A DNA stretch of 44,963 nt. Source: a virus (lineage: Duplodnaviria; Caudoviricetes). The stretch lies in the IMG/VR virus record IMGVR_UViG_3300005662_000002, positions 1-44,963 of that record. One strand, 5' to 3'. The notes beneath the pieces are model-generated. The model saw nothing but the letters and a program-made list of their open reading frames with translations, did not search any database and had not been told where the DNA came from. Of the stretch, positions 28,395 through 35,068 are shown in pieces; position 1 is the stretch's first letter, and each line of letters starts with the position of its first letter. The position numbers and the translations under genes are program-made.

Positions 28395-28433
28395 TACAAA
28401 AATATTAAATATTTCGATAAATACATATCTTTG
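28395..28433. promoter_or_regulatory. divergent promoter pair
   Basis: TATTTTTG on (-) at 28397-28404 with the conserved upstream TCGAAATA element; TATCTTTG on (+) at 28426-28433. Confidence 0.7.
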
Positions 28434-28454
28434 TTAAAATAAATTAAAAAAAAT

Positions 28455-28961
28455 ATGAAAACACATTGGAAAAAACTCAAAAACAATGACTATTTCGGAA
28501 GTCAAGACTTGTTTAACGAAGACAAAACATTTGAATTAAATGTTCGAATTACATCCATTAAACAAGAACCTGTTCAAAATGGAGATAAAAAAGAATTGTG
28601 TATGGTTGCTCAAATTGAAGGGCATAAACCATTAATTGTAAATGCAACGAATAGTAAAGCGATCGCAAAAGCATTAAAATCTCCTTATGTAGAGGATTGG
28701 GTTGGAAAATACATTACTCTTTACACAATTAAAGTAAGGGCATTCGGTGACTTTGTTGATGCGGTTCGTGTACGTTCGGAAGCTCCAATAATCAAAGTTG
28801 AAAAACCTTTCTTTGGTCCAGAAAATCCAAAATGGAACGCTGCAATTGAAGCTATTAAAAATGGAACGTCTTCAATTGAACAATTGCTAGAAACTAGACA
28901 AATAACGGATGAAAATTTAGCAATTTTACGAAACATAAATCAAGACGATGAAATTCTCTAA
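28455..28961 (+). CDS. putative ssDNA-binding/annealing recombination protein
   Basis: THWKK..YFGSQDL, NATNSKAI, EDWVGK and DAVRV motifs; coupled to an exonuclease gene. Confidence 0.55.
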   Translation: MKTHWKKLKNNDYFGSQDLFNEDKTFELNVRITSIKQEPVQNGDKKELCMVAQIEGHKPLIVNATNSKAIAKALKSPYVEDWVGKYITLYTIKVRAFGDFVDAVRVRSEAPIIKVEKPFFGPENPKWNAAIEAIKNGTSSIEQLLETRQITDENLAILRNINQDDEIL

Positions 28962-29667
28962 AAAATTTAAAGTGAGGTGTTCGCAAATTGCGGACATTTC
29001 ACCTGAGAAAAAAGAATTTACCGATTCAACCTACAAAGTAATGTTTAATTGGATGAAGTCGCAGCCAGAATTATATGGAGAAACATTTTCATCAAGCATT
29101 CAATCAAAATATTTGACTAAGGGAATTGAGAAGGAAAACGAAGCAATTCAATATGTTTCCAAAAAATTCGGATATTCATATTGGGAGAAAAATAAGCTCC
29201 GAAAACAAAACGATTTTATAATTGGTGAATGTGACATTGACGATGAATTTGACTCGGAAATAATCGACATTAAATGCTCCTGGGATTCAAGTACATTTCC
29301 ACTCTTTGATAGTTCACTTAAAACAAAACGTTACAAATATCAAGGAATTGGCTATTGCGCTTTGTGGGATCGTGAAAATTATTCGATTATTTATACCTTG
29401 ATGGATACTCCAGATTATTTGATTGAACGTGAAGCAAGAAAACAACAATTTGAACTAGGACTTGATGAAATGGAGGAGGAATTTTATAAGTCAATTGAAA
29501 AAAAAATGATTTTTTCCAATTTTCCTGACTATTTACGCATAAGACGTTTTAAAGGAAAATTCGATGGTGAATTATATTCAAAAATTTGCTACAAAGTTTC
29601 ATTGATGCAAGAATACATTGAAAATATTCAAGAAAGTGAGATTTTTGAAATTATGAGAGAAATATAA
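28948..29667 (+). CDS. YqaJ/lambda-exonuclease-like PD-(D/E)XK nuclease
   Basis: KGIEKENEA, GECD..IDIKCSW and YKYQGIGY motifs. Confidence 0.85.
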   Translation: MKFSKKFKVRCSQIADISPEKKEFTDSTYKVMFNWMKSQPELYGETFSSSIQSKYLTKGIEKENEAIQYVSKKFGYSYWEKNKLRKQNDFIIGECDIDDEFDSEIIDIKCSWDSSTFPLFDSSLKTKRYKYQGIGYCALWDRENYSIIYTLMDTPDYLIEREARKQQFELGLDEMEEEFYKSIEKKMIFSNFPDYLRIRRFKGKFDGELYSKICYKVSLMQEYIENIQESEIFEIMREI

Positions 29668-29748
29668 TTTTTCCAAAAATGAAGTCATTTCAAAAATTAC
29701 CAAAAAAATCCAGTTTTTTTGACTATTTGTAGTTGACTAATTTAGTAT

Positions 29749-29779
29749 ACCGTTTCTATATCAATAGGAACGGTTTCTT
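29749..29779 (+). terminator. probable terminator of the recombination operon
   Basis: accgtttctat-atca-ataggaacggt hairpin followed by ttctt. Confidence 0.55.
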
Positions 29780-30356
29780 ATTTGTATCAATTATAAATAA
29801 ATGCCACAAAATAAAATCATTTAAAAATATTCTATATAAAATCTCAAAAAATCTCCAAAATTTTGTGGTGACTATGACTTCGTGAAAAAATGGTAGATAG
29901 CTTCAATCAATAAAAAACATCTCATATTATGTTATATATATAGGCGAAATTTCAATGATTTTTGTAGTGATTTTTTCAACTGTTCGGAATTTCCGATTAG
30001 TTCAATTTTTTTCATTGAATTTTGTGGCATCTTTTTTTTTCGTTTTTTTGGCTCAATTTTGTGACGACCTATTTTTCGTGAAAATTGGTCAGGTCAACAT
30101 TTTGGAGTAAAAGTGACTAATTTCGAGGGGGTCGGACGGGGTCGCCTTATGAAAAATATGTAATTTCTCAAAAGCCCTATCAATGCTGAAGCGTGACAAT
30201 GGAGCAGGATTAAATATGTTTTTGGTGACATCTGGAGCTGTTTTAGTGCGTGAATGTATGTTTATGTGTTTAACATTAAAAACGTTCGTTAAAACGAATT
30301 AAAACAAGTTTTTTAAACGTGCGTTGTTTACGTGTTTATTAATTATATTGATTAGT

Positions 30357-30620
30357 TTAAATAGTTTTTTCATGGTCTATTAAGTCGTTGAATTTGATTT
30401 GATAAGTAATTATATTTGTTTGCTTGCAATAGCTAAACATTAAAAAATTCAAATGTTTTGGTTTGATTTCTTCCTCCTTATGATAGGCGTAAATTAAAGC
30501 GGTGTCATAATCTTCATACAGTAAACATTCTTTGAATTGAATGTTTTGATTCTTAAAACAAAATTCAAAGACTTTCCGGACTAGGCGATCGTTCACCTGG
30601 ACAGTGTTTTTTTTCTTCAT
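30357..30620 (-). CDS. hypothetical protein
   Basis: 87-aa ORF at the end of the early block. Confidence 0.6.
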   Translation of the reverse strand: MKKKNTVQVNDRLVRKVFEFCFKNQNIQFKECLLYEDYDTALIYAYHKEEEIKPKHLNFLMFSYCKQTNIITYQIKFNDLIDHEKTI

Positions 30621-30640
30621 ATAATAAAATTTATAGGCAC

Positions 30641-30669
30641 AAAAAAAAGAGTTTTTAAACTCTTTTTTT
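30641..30669 (-). terminator. bidirectional-type intrinsic terminator
   Basis: aaaaaaagagttt-tt-aaactcttttttt palindrome. Confidence 0.6.
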
Positions 30670-30813
30670 GTATGGTTCTATGTATGTTTCGTAAAAAATT
30701 TTTAAACGTTTTTTCTGTGCGTTGTGGCGGTCTAATTTTTCGCAAATTATCTTTGAAATATAGATAAATAAAGCGATTATTAGAATAAAAATGAAATTTC
30801 CTAGTGTTTCCAT
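30655..30813 (-). CDS. 52-aa single-pass membrane protein (not in ORF track)
   Basis: METLGNFIFILIIALFIYISKIICEKLDRHNAQKKRLKIFYETYIEPYKKRV*; ATG 2 nt after the upstream stop. Confidence 0.6.
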   Translation of the reverse strand: METLGNFIFILIIALFIYISKIICEKLDRHNAQKKRLKIFYETYIEPYKKRV

Positions 30814-30815
30814 AA

Positions 30816-31016
30816 TTATAAATTATTAAATGATGATATTTGTTTTCTGGCTTCTCTTGAATTAGATGCAGTGTTTTGAAGCTGTTTGAAGTTTTCAGGA
30901 AAATAACTCATAGCCGTTTTTCTGTTTAAATTAAACCAAAATTTAGCGAAGTCATGGTAATTATCAAACTTGTATTCGTTGTTAAATTTGTCGGTGAATT
31001 GATTGTAAATTTTCAT
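30816..31016 (-). CDS. hypothetical protein
   Basis: 66-aa ORF ending QISSFNNL. Confidence 0.65.
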   Translation of the reverse strand: MKIYNQFTDKFNNEYKFDNYHDFAKFWFNLNRKTAMSYFPENFKQLQNTASNSREARKQISSFNNL

Positions 31017-31261
31017 GAGATTGTTTTTAAAAATTTATCGCTCCATTGATTAAAATAAATAGAATTTGTATTTCTATCGTTAAATTGAATACTGTCAACA
31101 AATGGAAGTTTTGTTTCTGGTTGGATTAGTCTTTTTCTGTTTGAATTATCAAATATTAATTGAAATTCATTGATTGGATCTTTAACAAAATTAAACCCTT
31201 GTTTTGTTAGTGAAATACATAATTTTAAAAATTGGTATTTCTTTTCGTTTAATGCTCTCAT
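31013..31261 (-). CDS. hypothetical protein
   Basis: 82-aa coupled ORF. Confidence 0.65.
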   Translation of the reverse strand: MRALNEKKYQFLKLCISLTKQGFNFVKDPINEFQLIFDNSNRKRLIQPETKLPFVDSIQFNDRNTNSIYFNQWSDKFLKTIS

Positions 31262-31263
31262 GG

Positions 31264-31521
31264 TTATAAATTATTAAATGATGAAATTTGATTGATGGTG
31301 TATAAAATACCTTCGCTTTTTTCTGGATTAGATTCTTGTATTTCGCAGGCAATTTTATGTAAATCGTTCAATTGATCTTTTAAACGTTCATTAATAATAT
31401 CTTTAGCTTGTTTATTAAAATACGCGCCAATTATACCGAATTGATTGTAAAAAATACTGTTTTGAATTTCTTTGCTTTCTTCTGTTTTGAAGATTAAGCT
31501 AATTAAATCTTTTGCTTTCAT
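31264..31521 (-). CDS. hypothetical protein
   Basis: 85-aa ORF ending QISSFNNL. Confidence 0.65.
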   Translation of the reverse strand: MKAKDLISLIFKTEESKEIQNSIFYNQFGIIGAYFNKQAKDIINERLKDQLNDLHKIACEIQESNPEKSEGILYTINQISSFNNL

Positions 31522-31542
31522 AGTTTCTAAAATTTTAATTAA

Positions 31543-31980
31543 TTAAATTGCTCCGTTATCTACCATTGAATAATAAGAATCAGCCGTTAAAATAATGTGA
31601 TCCAAAACCATAACATCAAAAATTTGTAAAGTTTTTTTGATTTTGTTAGTAATTTCGACATCCTGTCCAGATGGGTTTAAATTGCCTGACGGGTGATTAT
31701 GCGCTAAAATTACACCACTACAAAGCGATTCAATCGCATATTTCGCAACTATTCGAACATCTACCACAGTCGAACAGATACCGCCCTGACTTATTTTAGA
31801 ATAACCGATTGTTTGATTATTACGATCGAGCAATAAGATAAAAAAACTTTCAAAAATTTCTATATCATCACCGTAAAATTGGCGGATAAATTCGGCAGCC
31901 GTTTCTGATCCTGTTATTTTCACTTTTGGAAAATTAGTTTGGATCTTTTTTAATTCGAATAAATTAGTTGATGCGTTCAT
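31543..31980 (-). CDS. RadC-like JAB domain protein
   Basis: ESFFILLLD, ILAHNHPSG..PS..D and LDHII motifs. Confidence 0.92.
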   Translation of the reverse strand: MNASTNLFELKKIQTNFPKVKITGSETAAEFIRQFYGDDIEIFESFFILLLDRNNQTIGYSKISQGGICSTVVDVRIVAKYAIESLCSGVILAHNHPSGNLNPSGQDVEITNKIKKTLQIFDVMVLDHIILTADSYYSMVDNGAI

Positions 31981-32011
31981 GATTTCTTTTTTTTAGTTTG
32001 TTTCTACACTT

Positions 32012-32085
32012 CAAAGATATTAAATATTTTTAATATCAAAACTATTTATTAAAAATATTTATTTATTTATATTGATTATAAATAA
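32012..32085 (-). promoter_or_regulatory. early promoter with upstream palindrome
   Basis: -7 TATCTTTG (32012-19), -33 TTTG (32037-40) and TTATTTATA-N5-TATAAATAA (32063-85). Confidence 0.75.
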
Positions 32086-32097
32086 GAAAATAAGATC

Positions 32098-32126
32098 AAA
32101 AAAAACCTCCCGTTTTTGGGAGGTTT
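32098..32126 (-). terminator. intrinsic terminator
   Basis: aaacctccc/gggaggttt stem followed by a T run on the minus strand. Confidence 0.8.
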
Positions 32127-32128
32127 AA

Positions 32129-32398
32129 TTAGTCTATATTATTTCGGACCAGTTCGCACGGCACGAAATCAAAATTTAATCTTTTTGCGCCATATCCTGT
32201 ACTAGTAACGCTGGACCAGGAGGGAAATATTTTTTTGATTTGGTTTAATACTCTTTTTGTTTTTGTTTGGTTGCAATCGCCAAAGCCGTTTATTTCTTTG
32301 TAATCAACACAAATTTCTATACAATTTTTTTCGAAAGTCAAGCCGTTTAAATTTATATTAGCTTTTAAAATTGCTTTTTTTAGTTGGTTCGCTGTCAT
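32129..32398 (-). CDS. hypothetical protein
   Basis: 89-aa ORF followed by a terminator. Confidence 0.65.
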   Translation of the reverse strand: MTANQLKKAILKANINLNGLTFEKNCIEICVDYKEINGFGDCNQTKTKRVLNQIKKIFPSWSSVTSTGYGAKRLNFDFVPCELVRNNID

Positions 32399-32402
32399 TA
32401 TC

Positions 32403-32594
32403 TTAATTTTTATCAGTTAAAAAATCATCATATTCAAAGGATTCAGTCTCAAGAAAATTAATAATTTCCTCTTTGTAGGCCAGTTCTATTTTAATACTAT
32501 TTTTTTCTAAACTGTACATTTGTACACCATCATTTTTTTCGGTTGGTTGGATCGCTCCAGTTGTAAGCATCCAATAAAATAAAATTGTTTTCAT
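32403..32594 (-). CDS. hypothetical protein
   Basis: 63-aa ORF, first gene after the promoter at 32628. Confidence 0.6.
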   Translation of the reverse strand: MKTILFYWMLTTGAIQPTEKNDGVQMYSLEKNSIKIELAYKEEIINFLETESFEYDDFLTDKN

Positions 32595-32627
32595 AATCTT
32601 TTTTGTTTTTGGTTGTTGTTTCTTTTA

Positions 32628-32701
32628 CAAATGTATTAAAAAATTTTAATGCGCAAAGTGTTTATTAAATTTTTTTAGTTATTTATATTAATTCTAAATT
32701 A
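32628..32701 (-). promoter_or_regulatory. early promoter with upstream palindrome
   Basis: -7 TACATTTG (32628-35), -33 TTTG (32654-57) and palindrome variant at 32679-32701. Confidence 0.75.
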
Positions 32702-32962
32702 TAAAATATCCTCATCCGATTCAAAAATCTTGATTTTTTCAAGTGAGTTTTTTAATTGGTCGATCAAAGTATACATAGTGTTGTGATCAACTTCTTTGAT
32801 GTCGAAAAAATTTCTATAAACGTATGGATTATTATTAATTTTTGTTAATCGAACATTATCGTTATACTTTGCGTTGTGACGCTGAACTCTTACTCTTACT
32901 GTATTATAAGACGCATCTATTTTTAATAGTTCAAAATGCTTTAAATATTTTAAATTTTTCAT
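32699..32962 (-). CDS. hypothetical protein
   Basis: 87-aa ORF. Confidence 0.6.
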   Translation of the reverse strand: MKNLKYLKHFELLKIDASYNTVRVRVQRHNAKYNDNVRLTKINNNPYVYRNFFDIKEVDHNTMYTLIDQLKNSLEKIKIFESDEDIL

Positions 32963-32968
32963 TTGTTT

Positions 32969-33583
32969 TTATTTTAAAAATTTATTCATTAAATAAAATT
33001 CGTAAGCTTCACGCGAAGTATTAAAAGATCCTAAAAATTTAGGGTTTCCTTCAATTAACTGGATAGCTCTATACTTTTTAGTGAATGGGTGAAAGTAGAC
33101 GCCTTTTTTAATTAAAACGTGTTTTTTCTTAAATTTTGTTTTGATAGCAGCAATCGCATTTTTTTCAGTATCAAATAAGCCTAAAGAAATTGAATTTTTA
33201 TTATGATTGAATACGGCAGCCCATTTATTCACTTCCTTTATGTAAGTAACTCCGTCTTGTCTTGTTTCATTATATCGTTGTTTTTTTTCATAATCTTTTT
33301 TTGAAATTACTTGTAAATTTTCAACGCTATTATTTGATAAATTATAATCAATATGATAAACAATTTTTTTTGATGTTTTATTGTAATTTAAAAAAGACTC
33401 GGCGACAATATTTCTAACAGAATAACTACCTTTAAAATGATCTCCTATTAAACTTACTAATAATTGAGATCCTCTATTTTTACTCTGCTTTAAAATCTTA
33501 TTTGTTTTAATTTCCCTAACTCTACCAAGTGAGCTAACCTCGTAAATATTCTCATAATTTTTTACTGGTTTCCAAATTTCCAT
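32969..33583 (-). CDS. NUMOD4-HNH endonuclease with AP2-like C-terminal domains
   Basis: MEIWKPVKNYENIYEVSSLGRVR (NUMOD4), HIDYNLSNNSVENL (HNH-like), and two GV..KW/YRA..LGxF repeats; likely start at 33583. Confidence 0.85.
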   Translation of the reverse strand: MEIWKPVKNYENIYEVSSLGRVREIKTNKILKQSKNRGSQLLVSLIGDHFKGSYSVRNIVAESFLNYNKTSKKIVYHIDYNLSNNSVENLQVISKKDYEKKQRYNETRQDGVTYIKEVNKWAAVFNHNKNSISLGLFDTEKNAIAAIKTKFKKKHVLIKKGVYFHPFTKKYRAIQLIEGNPKFLGSFNTSREAYEFYLMNKFLK

Positions 33584-33590
33584 AAAATAA

Positions 33591-33667
33591 AAAACCCCAC
33601 AAATCAGAGGTGGACGTCTCGTCAATGCAGGGATTTTAAAAAGTTCTTATTGTAGCGTCCACTCTAC
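33591..33667 (-). ncRNA. structured 5' leader with two hairpins and complementary loops
   Basis: Loops GUGGACG and CGUCCAC are perfectly complementary; lies between the TATATTTG box (33673-80) and the ATG at 33583. Confidence 0.5.
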
Positions 33668-33672
33668 GAGGG

Positions 33673-33748
33673 CAAATATATATCTTTTATTAATACACTA
33701 AGATAGTGTATTTGCTTATTTTATTTAATTTATAATAATTCTAAATAA
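33673..33748 (-). promoter_or_regulatory. early promoter with upstream palindrome
   Basis: -7 TATATTTG (33673-80) and palindrome variant at 33726-33748. Confidence 0.65.
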
Positions 33749-33751
33749 TAA

Positions 33752-33927
33752 ACACATGTATACTTTAATGCACATTGTACATATCGATGCACATTTTTAA
33801 TGTGCATAAAAGTATACATTGTGCATTAGCGTATACATTTAGCTTGTGCATTAATGTATACATTGTACATATCGATGCACAAACACAATGTACTCAATGA
33901 TGCACAATGTACTCAATGATGCACATT
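33752..33927. repeat. array of short TGCAC/GTAC/GTATAC palindromic repeats
   Basis: 22-bp direct repeat at 33772-93 and 33860-81; 19-bp tandem repeat at 33884-33921. Confidence 0.85.
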
Positions 33928-33991
33928 TTAATTTAATAACATAAATGCAATAAAATATAGTTTTATGAATATATATGTAACTTTTTATTTT

Positions 33992-34282
33992 ATCGGAACA
34001 AAAATATTTTGTAACCGATTTTTTTTGTGTTCCTAATAATAGTCTTATTTTTAATATGTTACGCAAAAGAACAAAAACTACGGCGAAATATATACCCCAT
34101 ATTTTTATAAAAAATAATAATAATAAAAATAATTAATATAAAAAAAATCCCTATATATATTATTATTATTATTATTGTAGTAATGTATATATAATATAAT
34201 ATAAAACGCACATAACCAGCAATTTACACGGTTACAAAAACGGTTACAAAATCCAAAATGTTTCGTAACCATCGGAACAAAA
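33992..34282. other. putative replication origin
   Basis: AT-rich core flanked by CGGTTACAAAA x2 (34229, 34241), an inverted copy (34007) and ATCGGAACAAAA x2 (33992, 34271). Confidence 0.55.
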
Positions 34283-34622
34283 CGACTTAATCCAGCTTAT
34301 CTAATTGATAAACAACACTATAAGCCCGTGCCTAAAATTTTTAATAGTGTCATTTTATTTGTAATCAATTGACAATCAATGTAAACTATTTATTTACATA
34401 GAATCAATCGTAATCATTCGTTTGTTGGTTGGTCGGTTGGATCATTGAACACGTTTATTTTATAGTTTAAATCGTTTCTATTGCTTTGTTGGTGGTGTTG
34501 TGGTATGTTGGTATGGTTCGAACGTTCAAAGCGTCTTAAATCGTTTCTTTTCGCGTTGGTTTGTATCCAGTTCAGTAGAACCAGGTGGCTGTATCATGCT
34601 AACTTGTTGATAGCGAGGTAAA

Positions 34623-34670
34623 AGGTACTCCTGAGAGATTTTTTGCGTCCCGCAATGGGATGCGACCCCC
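34623..34670 (+). other. candidate cos/packaging site
   Basis: GC-rich block upstream of the terminase genes; AGGTACT (cosQ-like) then GGGATGCGACCC (9/12 to lambda GGGCGGCGACCT). Confidence 0.45.
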
Positions 34671-34756
34671 GACTTTTAGGGTGAATGTCACTTTTTTGGT
34701 CGTTGTTAAGTCCCATGTTAAAATAAATTTTTAAATTTGTCGAAACCATACTTAAC

Positions 34757-35068
34757 ATGAATAGGATTGAACGCTTCAAACTTGAAAGAAAAATTATCTA
34801 TTTTTCGCAACTAACTTTTTTTGTATCAGGAATTTGTGGAATGTTTTTATCAATTAAAAATCCTGAATTTTACGGATTGTTAACAAGCATTTTTTTGATT
34901 GCAATGAGTGTAATATTTTATAATATTTCGATAGCTCAAAAAATAAAAATCGGTAAAGATTTACAGGATGTTTTTAATGGAGATATGTTGAGCAAACAAC
35001 CTAGAAGAATTAGAAGGAAAGTTTTAAGAAACACAAAGAAATGGCATTCTACAAACAAAGCGAATTAG
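34757..35068 (+). CDS. membrane protein with two transmembrane segments
   Basis: Two hydrophobic segments and a basic tail; TAAATTTG box at 34732. Confidence 0.65.
   Translation: MNRIERFKLERKIIYFSQLTFFVSGICGMFLSIKNPEFYGLLTSIFLIAMSVIFYNISIAQKIKIGKDLQDVFNGDMLSKQPRRIRRKVLRNTKKWHSTNKAN

Noticed and set aside
33752-33927. Possible mini-CRISPR array
   Set aside because: No constant repeat with unique spacers of regular length; the intervening DNA is made of the same short motifs, and no cas genes are present.
33851-34066. 71-aa ORF across the repeat/origin region (also 34594-34779 across the cos candidate)
   Set aside because: Low-complexity translation of regulatory repeats, non-ATG starts and no operon context.
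34420-34560. G/T-skewed stretch with a repeated TTAAATCGTTTCT
   Set aside because: Only two copies and mostly GG dinucleotides; not enough to claim a G-quadruplex or ncRNA, though it may be part of the packaging region.
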